DNA of 32,000 nucleotides from an uncultured Eubacteriales bacterium (GTDB lineage Bacteria; Bacillota; Clostridia; Oscillospirales; Oscillospiraceae): NCBI GenBank assembly GCA_900317375.1, contig ONGJ01000002.1, positions 23,054 to 55,053 of the forward strand, read 5' to 3'. Shown piece by piece: positions 1 to 8,389 of this stretch (position 1 is its first letter; each line of letters starts with the position of its first letter). The notes under the pieces were generated by a model. It saw only the letters and a program-made list of their open reading frames with translations, ran no database searches and was not told where the DNA came from. The position numbers and the translations under genes were made by a program.

Positions 1-555
1 GCACGCCGCTACCACCGTCAGGCCGATAGCGCCGCAGCCGGCCACGAGGACAGTCTTCCCCTTTACCTCAGCTTCTTCCACCCCATGTACGCCGGAACCC
101 ATCGGTTCGTAAATACAGCCCTGTTCATCGCTGATCGCATCATCAAGCACATAGCTGCAGTCAGCCCGAGTTTTGGCATATTCCGCGAAAGCGCCGTCCT
201 GCATGATTCCAAAGAGTGACATGTTGGCGCAGATATGCCTGTTCCCGGCGAGACAGTGGGGGCAGGTTCCGTCCCAGATATGCGATTCACAGGAAACTCT
301 CTGACCTACGAACCGGTCTTTCACGTTTTTTCCGATCTTAACGATTTCTCCCGTGGTTTCATGTCCGATAACACGGGGAAACGTATGGATACGTCTCCTG
401 CTCCAGTCGTTCCAGTCATAGATCCCGATGTCTGTACCGCAGATGGAGGAGCAGCGGACCTTCATAAGGATTTCATCCTGATTGATCTCCGGAATGGGAA
501 GGTCATCCCGATATTCAAGTCCAGGGCCTGGCCCGGTCTTGATAATCCCTCTCAT
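1..555 (-). CDS. tdh: Zn-dependent medium-chain dehydrogenase, L-threonine 3-dehydrogenase-like (N-terminal 185 codons; C-terminus lies beyond the left edge)
   Basis: Absent from the ORF track because it runs off the window. Hand translation of the minus strand from ATG at 553-555 (GGAG a few nt upstream) gives 185 stop-free codons: MRGIIKTGPG...RCSSICGTDIGIYDWNDWS...RVIGHETTGEIV...CPHCLAGNRHIC...VLVAGCGAIGL. It has the GHE catalytic-Zn motif, a Cys-rich structural-Zn loop and the start of the GxGxxG Rossmann fold. It resembles E. coli Tdh as I remember it (ICGTDVHIYNWDEWS / VVGHE). Confidence 0.75.
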   Translation of the reverse strand, partial: MRGIIKTGPGPGLEYRDDLPIPEINQDEILMKVRCSSICGTDIGIYDWNDWSRRRIHTFPRVIGHETTGEIVKIGKNVKDRFVGQRVSCESHIWDGTCPHCLAGNRHICANMSLFGIMQDGAFAEYAKTRADCSYVLDDAISDEQGCIYEPMGSGVHGVEEAEVKGKTVLVAGCGAIGLTVVAAC

Positions 556-565
556 ATCTGTCTCC

Positions 566-1273
566 TTACGCTTTTACGCCGCTCTCTGTCGTTCCCTGAT
601 CTTCGTAATTTTCAATGATTTTCAGGTGCCTGCCCATCTCATATACCGCCAGTTCTTCATCCCTGGCTTTGACCGCCTCATAGATTCTTCTGTGTGCTTC
701 CGCCGTCTTCCCGTGATAATCCTCCCGTTCGAAAAAACGCATCCTGAGTTCAAGAATCAGGCAGTTGACATAATCCAGCATTGTCGCAAAAATGGTGTTG
801 TGGCTGGCGCAGGCAAGATCCACATGAAACTGGACATCAGCCAGGTAATCCGTTTCATCGCGCTCCAGCCGTTCGACAGACTTCCTGAGCCGTTCAAGAT
901 CCTCTTCCGTGGCTCGCTGGCAAGCCAATCGGGCAATCTCGCGTTCGTTCGTCCGGCGGAATTCCATAAAGTCGGTAAAGGTATCCGGTGAATAAGACAG
1001 TTCCAGCAGGGAGTTGGCTTTTCGGAAATAGTCCGCATTCTTCACCAGTACTTTTCGGTTTCCACGGTTTTCCACGATGCCTATAAAATTCAGGATGGAA
1101 AGACTCTCGCGCAGAGAATTCCTGGAGATGCCGAGCTTATCCGCCAATTCACGTTCCGGCGGGAGTTCCTGTCCGACACGGATCTTCCCGTTTTCTATCG
1201 CAGCAAGCAGATTATCCAGCACCAGCTTCGGAACCGTTGGGGAAACAGGGTATTGAATTTTTTCCAATTCCAT
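566..1273 (-). CDS. GntR/FadR-family transcriptional regulator (wHTH + FCD-type C-terminal domain)
   Basis: 235-aa ORF. The N-terminal wHTH reads ELPPERELADKLGISRNSLRESLSILNFIGIVENRGNRKVLV, followed by an all-helical C-terminal half typical of the FadR subfamily. It sits directly upstream of the dehydrogenase gene. Confidence 0.8.
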   Translation of the reverse strand: MELEKIQYPVSPTVPKLVLDNLLAAIENGKIRVGQELPPERELADKLGISRNSLRESLSILNFIGIVENRGNRKVLVKNADYFRKANSLLELSYSPDTFTDFMEFRRTNEREIARLACQRATEEDLERLRKSVERLERDETDYLADVQFHVDLACASHNTIFATMLDYVNCLILELRMRFFEREDYHGKTAEAHRRIYEAVKARDEELAVYEMGRHLKIIENYEDQGTTESGVKA

Positions 1274-1317
1274 GATCGATTTCTCCTGTAAGTCCTGTCC
1301 TTCTTGCCAAAGTCTGT

Positions 1318-1926
1318 TCAGGGGTTCATCTGTTCCCGTTCCATAACCGAGATAACTTTCAGGATTCTGTCAGCCATGACACGATGCCCGTCCGGATTGG
1401 GGTGCAGCCCGTCCAGGTACAGCTCACCTCTCCTATTTCCAAAGCTGTCGAGAAAATCAGCGCGAAAGTCCGCACAGCGAACCCCAAAGGCGTTGCAGAA
1501 GCGTTCCTGCCACGCTCCGTATTCATCGATCGTTTTCCTTGCGCCCGGAAAGTCCACCGCCGACATCCACGAAACAGGGTAGTTGCCCTCAGCAATTCCG
1601 GGGCAGATTCCGATAATCGGGGCTTCTCCGCACGAAAACAGCTGATGGACCATCGCCGCCATGTTTTCCTTCGCTCCGGCGCTCGACCCGGAAAAGAAAA
1701 TATCGTTGCATCCGCCCATGAGGAAAAAATACCGCTCCTCTTTCTTTCCGGGCAGATTCTGAAGAAGCTCCCGCATCCGGACCAGCATTCCGCCGCAGGT
1801 GTCGCCGCAGACTCCATAATTACTGAGCTTCCACCCGCTTTGCTTTTCAACGAGATCTGTCCATCTCTGCCGGCGCTTTACACCGTAGCCATAGGTAATG
1901 CTGTCACCCAGGCAGATCAGTTCCAT
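1318..1926 (-). CDS. SGNH/GDSL-family hydrolase (esterase/lipase-like)
   Basis: 202-aa ORF with block I LICLGDSITYGYG, block III GGCNDI and block V DGLHPNPDGH. Its start overlaps the stop of the upstream EAL gene by 10 nt. Confidence 0.8.
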   Translation of the reverse strand: MELICLGDSITYGYGVKRRQRWTDLVEKQSGWKLSNYGVCGDTCGGMLVRMRELLQNLPGKKEERYFFLMGGCNDIFFSGSSAGAKENMAAMVHQLFSCGEAPIIGICPGIAEGNYPVSWMSAVDFPGARKTIDEYGAWQERFCNAFGVRCADFRADFLDSFGNRRGELYLDGLHPNPDGHRVMADRILKVISVMEREQMNP

Positions 1927-4910
1927 GGACGCTCTTCCTTCCCCGCATCTTCTTCCACGTTCTTGAAGCCGGTCACAATGCCGGTCTTCCCGCCGGGAAG
2001 CTCTATCCTCACGAACTCCACCCGGTAATGCCGGACTCCGTCGTCAAACACACGCCGGAAGGGTACGGAATAAACCATCCGATTCTCCGTATTTCTCGAG
2101 ATTGCTTCCGGAGAGACCGCGTCAAGGAAGCGCTGCCTGTCCTCCTCCAGCACAAGTCCGGAATAAAAGGCAAAGGCCTGGGGAAAGCCATCGATCTTGG
2201 CGGCGGCACTCGCCGGCATCAGATGCTCCGTCTCCCGGTCGACCCGGATCAATTCAAACTTCCGGGTCTCAAAATCGCTGATCAGCCAGACCGAATCGTA
2301 TACCCTGGTCAGCGCCTCCGTGACGGCGGAGCTGAGGGCTTTATCCGATTCTGCCCGTTCATACTTGTCTGTAATATCCGAAATGAAGACATAATACAGG
2401 CTGTTCTGGTCGTCGTACTGGATGTAATGCCCGTAATCGGCAAGCCAGCGAATCTGGCCGTCCCTGCGGATGATCCGGTATTCCACAAAGTCAAGATCGC
2501 CCTGACTCTCCGCCACCTGATCCGAAATGGAGGCGGAGATCTTTTCATAATCATCGGGGTGTACCATCCCCCGGAAGGTAAACCCGGTCAGGGCCTTGAA
2601 TTCCTCAAGGCTGGCGCAGCCGAAGATGTCGCACACGGCCTTGTTGGCATACAGCAGTTCTTCCTTCTCATCGGCCCTGTAGATAAAGAGGCCGCCGGGC
2701 ATCCGCTCACCGAACTCCTCGATGACGGAGAGGATCTGTTCGATCAGCAGCTTTTCATTCGGCTCCCGGATGGACAGAACCGCGATGGCAACGGCGATGT
2801 TTCCGCTGACCGGGTTGATTCCGATTCGGCGGGCAAAGGAATGGATAATCGAACCGTCCGGCATCTTTTCGTCATAGAAGGTGCGGATTCCCTGCTCGCA
2901 GCAGGTTTTAACCACATTCTGCATGAAAGCCGCGTCAAACGGGGCGAATTCCAGCCCGAGTGTCGTCAGGTCCAGACCGAAAAAGCGCTTGAAGAAGTCT
3001 CGGTACGACTGGTTTGTACGCAGGAAGCGCGTCTTGTCATCCTTCACCTCGATGATGCACATCGGCAGGGTGCTGTAGGCGTTGCGAAGGCTGCTCTTCT
3101 CTTCCCGCGCGATCACGCCGACGTCATAGAGGTTGACGCCGCAGACCAGCTCATAATAGGCCGATTCCTCAGGGTTCTCATAGCCGGCGCCCTGATGCGT
3201 TCTGTGGAACTGCAGAGAATCCTCAAAAGGCCTGGGCTTGCTGAAATAGTATCCCTGCAGCTTGGAGCATCCGATCTCCTGCAGGAAATGGACCTGATCC
3301 TCGGTCTCAACCCCCTCGCAGATCGTGTCGATCCCCAAGGCCATGGCCATCTTCATCAGTTCCGTCAGAATGATCCTGCCGTCATCGCTTTCGTCCAGCT
3401 TCTGCATGAAGCGCATGTCAAACTTGAGCAGGTCGAACTTGATGCTCTGGAGTACGTCCAGAGAGGAATAGCCGCTGCCGAAATCATCCATCCACACGGG
3501 AAATCCGAGATTCTGAAAGCGTTCGATCTGTGTCTTCATGAAGTCAAAATCAGTGCCGATGACGCTTTCCGTGATCTCGATGCTGATACAGTCCCGGCTG
3601 ACCCCTGCCTTGTCCACACGCCGGCGGATCTCTTCCACCATATCGCAGGCGTCAAAATCGGACCGGGAAAGGTTAATGGAGTGCGGCACGATGAAAAAGC
3701 CTTCGCTCTCCTTGATTTTGATATGCTCCAAAACCCTTTCAAGGACATACAGATCCAGCTTGTAGATCAGACCCGCATCCTCCAGATACGGGATAAACTC
3801 CGCAGGGGAAAGGAACCCCTTATCCGGGTCAATCCACCGCGCGAGCGCCTCCTCGTCACAGACCTCTTCGTTGACCGCCCGCATGATCGGCTGGTACCAG
3901 ACCTGGATCCATTTTTTGGAAAGTGCCTGTTCAAAGTTTTCAAGCACATACTGCTGCTTTTCGATGCCTTCGTTCAGCTCGCTGCTGAAATAGTGGAAGG
4001 AGGAGGAATAGGTCCCCTTGAGCGCATCGCAGGCGATTTTCGCCCTGTCATAGGCCATGCCGACCGGAACCTCTTCCAGTCGGTTCGGATAGATGCCGAC
4101 GCAGATCGGCAGATGTCTGCCCGCCTCCATCTGACGCCATTCCTGAAACAGGGTATTCAGCCTCTCCTCCAGCCCGTTTTCATCCGTAAAGGCGGCAAAA
4201 CGGTCGGCGCCGATATGGCAGCAGTTGTCCGTGTGAAAGATCCGACTCAGAATCCTCGCCAGGCTGCGCAGCACCTTATCGCCTTCCGCGAAGCCGTATT
4301 TGTGGTTGAAGTGCTTCATCCCGCAGAGGTCGATATACAGGAGAGCCGGGCTGCCTCCCTGATCCAGCAGGCGCTTTCTCCCCAGGTCTGCAAGTTCAAA
4401 GAAGCCCGTCATATTCGGAAGCCCGGTCAGATAATCATAGCGTGCGGCATAAGCAGCGTTTCCCTCGAAAAACGCTTTTTCCGTCCCCTGTGCCTGGTCG
4501 GGGCTGCTGTCCTCCTGCCAGTCTCCTTCGTCTGTGAACCAGAGGTGGTCAACGCGCTGACCGTCATCGGTGGCTACATGCTCACCGGTGATGCGGATCA
4601 GCCTGTAACCGGAACCGTCCTTTTTTCTCCTGCGGTAGTGCACATCCAGCCTGCCGTCCTCGGTTCCGAAATGCATGGCAGCGTTCACGAATTTTGCGGT
4701 ATCGTCCGGATGGGTGTCCTTGAACATATTCCGATTGGTGTCGGAATAGGCCTGCGCACGGTCCTGAAAACCGAACAGCCTGCAGAAGCCGTCCGAAACA
4801 GCGAGAATCACAACCCCCTGATCCAGAAACTGGCAGACGGCAAAAGGCTGACGCATCTGCTCAACAAACAGTCTCTGTTCTTTTGAAAGTTCATACTGTT
4901 CCATACTCAA
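1917..4910 (-). CDS. PAS - degenerate GGDEF - EAL - PAS multidomain c-di-GMP signalling protein (probable phosphodiesterase)
   Basis: 997-aa ORF. The track start is TTG at 4910, and ATG two codons in (4904, MEQYEL) is the more likely start. The GGDEF position reads IGADRFAAF (aa 233-241). The EAL domain is intact: EEALARW, EITES, DDFGSGYSSL, EGVETEDQ, QGYYFSKP. A further PAS-like block (VHPDDYEKI...YRIIRRDGQIRW) lies C-terminal to the EAL. Confidence 0.85.
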   Translation of the reverse strand: MSMEQYELSKEQRLFVEQMRQPFAVCQFLDQGVVILAVSDGFCRLFGFQDRAQAYSDTNRNMFKDTHPDDTAKFVNAAMHFGTEDGRLDVHYRRRKKDGSGYRLIRITGEHVATDDGQRVDHLWFTDEGDWQEDSSPDQAQGTEKAFFEGNAAYAARYDYLTGLPNMTGFFELADLGRKRLLDQGGSPALLYIDLCGMKHFNHKYGFAEGDKVLRSLARILSRIFHTDNCCHIGADRFAAFTDENGLEERLNTLFQEWRQMEAGRHLPICVGIYPNRLEEVPVGMAYDRAKIACDALKGTYSSSFHYFSSELNEGIEKQQYVLENFEQALSKKWIQVWYQPIMRAVNEEVCDEEALARWIDPDKGFLSPAEFIPYLEDAGLIYKLDLYVLERVLEHIKIKESEGFFIVPHSINLSRSDFDACDMVEEIRRRVDKAGVSRDCISIEITESVIGTDFDFMKTQIERFQNLGFPVWMDDFGSGYSSLDVLQSIKFDLLKFDMRFMQKLDESDDGRIILTELMKMAMALGIDTICEGVETEDQVHFLQEIGCSKLQGYYFSKPRPFEDSLQFHRTHQGAGYENPEESAYYELVCGVNLYDVGVIAREEKSSLRNAYSTLPMCIIEVKDDKTRFLRTNQSYRDFFKRFFGLDLTTLGLEFAPFDAAFMQNVVKTCCEQGIRTFYDEKMPDGSIIHSFARRIGINPVSGNIAVAIAVLSIREPNEKLLIEQILSVIEEFGERMPGGLFIYRADEKEELLYANKAVCDIFGCASLEEFKALTGFTFRGMVHPDDYEKISASISDQVAESQGDLDFVEYRIIRRDGQIRWLADYGHYIQYDDQNSLYYVFISDITDKYERAESDKALSSAVTEALTRVYDSVWLISDFETRKFELIRVDRETEHLMPASAAAKIDGFPQAFAFYSGLVLEEDRQRFLDAVSPEAISRNTENRMVYSVPFRRVFDDGVRHYRVEFVRIELPGGKTGIVTGFKNVEEDAGKEERPWN

Positions 4911-4947
4911 CTCACGGCCTTACTTTACCAGTCTGTGGATTCTTTAT

Positions 4948-4976
4948 ATTTTACCTTTTTTTGAAAGTCATGTCAA
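4948..4976 (-). promoter_or_regulatory. SigA-type promoter for the PAS-GGDEF-EAL gene
   Basis: The minus strand reads TTGACA - 17 nt - TAAAAT, about 40 nt upstream of the ATG at 4904, in the 90-nt intergenic gap. Confidence 0.55.
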
Positions 4977-5000
4977 TCTTTTGATGATGCAGTGCCCCCA

Positions 5001-6362
5001 TCAGCAGAACAGCATCTGCAGTGCATAGAAGATCTCTGTAGCCCACACACGAAATTCGTGATACCCTTCCACCTCATCATACCAGGCGTTCTCCCCTTCC
5101 TTCAGATCGTCGATCCTGTCCAGGAGCATCCGGTATTCTTCAGAAATGTAATCTCGGTACTCTTCAAGGGTTCCGGCTCCGGCGAAGAAGAACTCGAAAG
5201 GACAGCCTTCCGGTCTGGTCTGAACGAAGTCATCCACCTCCCAGGGAGCCAGGTTGTTTCCAGACAGGCAGATAAATCGTCCGAACAGATCGAAATTCCG
5301 CAGCATGCCGCTGTGAAGCGTATAGAGAGAGCCGTTGGACTCGCCTCCGACGGCAAAATGCGCCCTTGCCGCCCGGAGGTCCTCCAGCCTGCCCGAAGCA
5401 GCATAGGTACTGTAATGGTCCGCCACATACGGAAGTACGGTTTCCCTCAGCTCCTGGGCAAAGCCATCATAGCCGGAATCCATTTCCCAGCCTTCCTCGT
5501 TGTAGGTCGTCGGGCAGACAATGATCATCGGTTCACAGCGTTTTCTGTCCATCATATTGTCATAGATGTTTTTCATGACAATCTTCAGTCCGTCAGCATC
5601 ATATTCATTTGTCATCCAGGAGTTCTCGTCGTCCAAGCCTCCGTGGATCAGAATCAGGACGTCATACTGCCTGCCGCTGTCATAGCCGTAAGGCAGGTAG
5701 ACGTTCATATTCTTCTGAACTTCATAACCGCCGTATGCAAGCATCTTCTGGCTGTAGCTTACCCGCTCCACGCGCCCCGGATGCAGGCAGGGTTCATAGT
5801 ATTCCGGCGGCAGCAGGCCGTCATGGATTTCGGGCTTCGCGCCGCAGCTGCAGACGCCGTTATGAAAACGGTGGCACACCGTGCTTCCGCAGACAGGGCA
5901 TTCCCCGCTGTCCGGATCATGGTTTTCGTGCGGGCATACCATCCCGCAGCGGCCGCAGACTCCGTCTGACCAGGCGTGTTCGCATCGGCTTCCGCACAAA
6001 TTGCAGACGCCGTCTTCATAATGATGCCCGATGCATCGGAAACCGCAGACATCACAGACCTCCCCTGTAAAGGACGGATGCTCACAGCTCATGCCGCAGA
6101 GCAGGCAGCTGCCGTTCGTCCAGTCATGGCGGCAGCGCATTCCGCAGGCAGTGCATTGCCCCTCCTCCCACTGATCGTGCGGGCAGAGGAAGCCGCAGAA
6201 GGCGCATTCCCCGTTGATCCATGTTTCATGCGGGCACGTTTCCCGGTTTTTCCTGTTCCATCCCGTGGATTTCAGGTACACGGTCAGACTGAGAAGCAGA
6301 AGGCCGAATAGAATGAGGCTGAGACACAAGGTCAGGGCGCGGCGAAAGGATTTCCTTCTCAT
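5001..6362 (-). CDS. Membrane-anchored protein: N-terminal signal anchor, tandem Cys/His-rich repeats, C-terminal alpha/beta-hydrolase ('putative esterase' type)
   Basis: 453-aa ORF. The hydrophobic anchor is LTLCLSLILFGLLLLSLTVYL. Seven to eight C-x-H-x(5-8)-C-x2-C-G units span aa 43-180. The esterase part has a GESNG nucleophile elbow (FAVGGESNGSLY) and an LILIHGG block. Confidence 0.75.
   Translation of the reverse strand: MRRKSFRRALTLCLSLILFGLLLLSLTVYLKSTGWNRKNRETCPHETWINGECAFCGFLCPHDQWEEGQCTACGMRCRHDWTNGSCLLCGMSCEHPSFTGEVCDVCGFRCIGHHYEDGVCNLCGSRCEHAWSDGVCGRCGMVCPHENHDPDSGECPVCGSTVCHRFHNGVCSCGAKPEIHDGLLPPEYYEPCLHPGRVERVSYSQKMLAYGGYEVQKNMNVYLPYGYDSGRQYDVLILIHGGLDDENSWMTNEYDADGLKIVMKNIYDNMMDRKRCEPMIIVCPTTYNEEGWEMDSGYDGFAQELRETVLPYVADHYSTYAASGRLEDLRAARAHFAVGGESNGSLYTLHSGMLRNFDLFGRFICLSGNNLAPWEVDDFVQTRPEGCPFEFFFAGAGTLEEYRDYISEEYRMLLDRIDDLKEGENAWYDEVEGYHEFRVWATEIFYALQMLFC
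5823..6236 (-). repeat. In-frame tandem array of 7-8 ~19-codon Cys/His units (protein-level repeat)
   Basis: CPHETWINGECAFCGFL / CPHDQWEEGQCTACGMR / CRHDWTNGSCLLCGMS / CEHPSFTGEVCDVCGFR / CIGHHYEDGVCNLCGSR / CEHAWSDGVCGRCGMV / CPHENHDPDSGECPVCGST / VCHRFHNGVCSCG. Confidence 0.8.
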
Positions 6363-6475
6363 GGCTGTCTGACCTCCTCATCCGATTTTGAAAACAGTGT
6401 ACAGCAGCAGCTCCGGGCTGTCAACCGACAGCAGATGCTTTCCGTGTACAAAACGCCCGATCCGCCGACTTTCCG

Positions 6476-6504
6476 TTGCCCGACGCCGGGTTCTGTGTTA
6501 TAAT
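6476..6504 (+). promoter_or_regulatory. SigA-type promoter with extended -10
   Basis: TTGCCC - 17 nt - TATAAT, with TGt immediately 5' of the -10 (tgtgTTATAAT). It lies inside the 5' end of the track ORF 6476..7126, which argues for a downstream start codon. Confidence 0.5.
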
Positions 6505-6535
6505 TGCTCCACCAATCAAAAAGCAGGTGATGTAC

Positions 6536-7126
6536 ATGGAAGATAAGAACAAAAAATCAGAAACGGCCGCTCATTCCCCTGAAAGGAAGAGCCTTATCAT
6601 TGCTCTGATCGTCATCGCGGCACTGCTTATTGCCGGCATCCTGCTGTACGGCAGCCGAAAGCCGGCAGGGGAAGCCGCAGCGCAGACCGGGGCCGTACAG
6701 AGTCCGGCTGCTCCCGCCGGGGGACAGCTCTCGCCGGAGCTTCTGCGGGAGGGGGTTCTCTCCCCTGCTCTCGCTTACCATCCGGGAACCGCCGGTTCCT
6801 CGCTCTCCTCGGCCGCTGCTGCAGCCGCGATGCTGCGCTTTGCATCCGACAACCGGACACACCTTGAGGATCAGGACACCCTCAATCGGCTGATGGCAGA
6901 TGCTACCGCGCTCCTCACCGCGGAGGAGCAGGCCCAGCTGCAGGAAACGCTCCCCGACCTGATTGCCTTTACGGAAGACACCCTCGCGGTCTACCCGGAA
7001 AATCGAGGCGTCTTTGAAGATGCCGGCTGTGCCGGGACGCTCGATGCCGCCATGAAAGCCGAAAGCGTGAAGGAAGACTGGGCAGTCGTCAGGGCCGCCC
7101 TGGAAGCCGCATTTCCTCAGGGCTGA
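6536..7126 (+). CDS. Hypothetical single-pass membrane protein (Ala/Pro-rich linker, unknown extracytoplasmic domain)
   Basis: I chose the start at MEDKNKK (AGGTGA 5 nt upstream) because the track TTG start overlaps the promoter. ATG at 6530 is an alternative. The TM segment is LIIALIVIAALLIAGILLY. I recognise no motif. Confidence 0.55.
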   Translation: MEDKNKKSETAAHSPERKSLIIALIVIAALLIAGILLYGSRKPAGEAAAQTGAVQSPAAPAGGQLSPELLREGVLSPALAYHPGTAGSSLSSAAAAAAMLRFASDNRTHLEDQDTLNRLMADATALLTAEEQAQLQETLPDLIAFTEDTLAVYPENRGVFEDAGCAGTLDAAMKAESVKEDWAVVRAALEAAFPQG

Positions 7127-7177
7127 CGCAGATTCTCAGCGACGGTTCCAACGAATCCAACCAGGAGGCTGTATAAA

Positions 7178-8314
7178 ATGAGCATCAACCTAAGTACCAT
7201 GCCCAAGCTCGGCTTTGGCCTGATGCGTCTGCCGCAGAAGGACGGAAAAATCGACATCGAACAGGTCTGCCGTATGGCAGACGCCTATCTCGATGCCGGG
7301 ATGAATTACTTTGATACCGCCTATGTTTACCATGACGGTCATTCCGAAGAGGCTGTCAAAGAGGCGCTGGCAAAGCGCTATCCCAGAGACCGCTTCATGG
7401 TCGCCACCAAGCTGCCGGCATGGCAGCTGAAGGAGGAAGCGGACAGGGACCGCATTTTTTCGGAGCAGCTGGAGCGCTGCGGTCTGGATTATTTCGATTT
7501 TTATCTGCTGCATTCCGTAGAGGACGGAAACAACGGCGATACCTATGAAAGGCTCAGGTGCTATGACTGGGCACTGGAGAAGAAGGCGCAGGGGAAGATC
7601 AGGCATTTCGGTTTCTCCTTCCACGGCAGTCCGGAATACCTTGAAAAGACGCTTGACGCCCATCCCGAGATCGAGTTCGTCCAGATCCAGCTGAACTATG
7701 CCGACTGGGAAAACCCTGTTGTAAGGTCGGGCAGGCTGTATGACATTCTTCATCGGCGCCATATTCCCATGATCATCATGGAGCCTGTCAAAGGCGGCAC
7801 CCTGGCAAAGCTGCCTCCCGAGCTGGAGGCAAAATACCGCGCGTTCCGTCCGGACGCCTCCGCCGCTTCGTGGGCGCTGCGCTTCGTCGGTTCTCTTCCG
7901 GGCGTCATGACCATCCTGTCCGGCATGAGCGCGGAAGACCAGATGCTGGACAACATCCGGACCTTCTCGCATTTTGAACACCTGTCCGATGAGGAAAAAG
8001 CGCTCATCGACGAGGTCCGTTCCATCATGCTGGACAAACCGCTGATCGGCTGCACATCCTGCCGCTACTGCACGCCCGGGTGTCCCAGGCACATTGCGAT
8101 CCCTGATGTTTTCCGGGCCGTCAACACCATGACGCTCTACAACGATGTTTTCCGTCCCAAAGCGTTCTACGCCGGGCTGCTCAGCCAGGGCTGCGGAAAA
8201 GCGTCCGACTGCATCGCCTGCGGGCAGTGTGAAGGCGTCTGTCCGCAGCATCTGCCGATTATTGAGCTTTTGAAGGACGCCGCTGCCCGGTTCGATCAGG
8301 AAAACCAGCCTTAA
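7178..8314 (+). CDS. Aldo/keto reductase fused to a C-terminal 2x[4Fe-4S] ferredoxin-like domain
   Basis: 378-aa ORF with an AGGAGG RBS. The AKR core shows LGFGLMRLP, DTAYVY, ATKL and FYLLH. The C-terminus has two CxxCxxCxxxCP clusters (CTSCRYCTPGCP, CIACGQCEGVCP). Confidence 0.85.
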   Translation: MSINLSTMPKLGFGLMRLPQKDGKIDIEQVCRMADAYLDAGMNYFDTAYVYHDGHSEEAVKEALAKRYPRDRFMVATKLPAWQLKEEADRDRIFSEQLERCGLDYFDFYLLHSVEDGNNGDTYERLRCYDWALEKKAQGKIRHFGFSFHGSPEYLEKTLDAHPEIEFVQIQLNYADWENPVVRSGRLYDILHRRHIPMIIMEPVKGGTLAKLPPELEAKYRAFRPDASAASWALRFVGSLPGVMTILSGMSAEDQMLDNIRTFSHFEHLSDEEKALIDEVRSIMLDKPLIGCTSCRYCTPGCPRHIAIPDVFRAVNTMTLYNDVFRPKAFYAGLLSQGCGKASDCIACGQCEGVCPQHLPIIELLKDAAARFDQENQP

Positions 8315-8389
8315 CCGTCAGGAAGAGTCTGGTACGCGTCTCCGATCCGGAAAGAACAAGAAACCTGTTTCCGATTTTGGTTTGTGCTT

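Noticed and set aside
2028-4886. A 952-aa stop-free plus-strand ORF antisense to the PAS-GGDEF-EAL gene, with similar long antisense ORFs at 482..991, 1384..2028, 4992..5969, 7190..8251, 8318..9289, 9296..10135, 10072..11847, 12171..13262 and 15982..16776.
   Set aside because: Every one of them is in the codon-aligned mirror frame of the sense gene (start coordinates are congruent mod 3). Their stops would be the reverse complements of sense TTA, CTA and TCA codons, which the GC-rich core genes simply avoid. They have no RBS or recognisable motifs and their composition is low-complexity Arg/Ala/Gly. They are an artefact of codon bias, not overlapping genes.
8352-8385. A possible terminator hairpin (CGGAAA...TTTCCG followed by ATTTTGGTTTG) between the aldo-keto reductase and the ABC genes.
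   Set aside because: It is only a 6-bp A/T-rich stem with a 14-nt loop, which is too weak to call.
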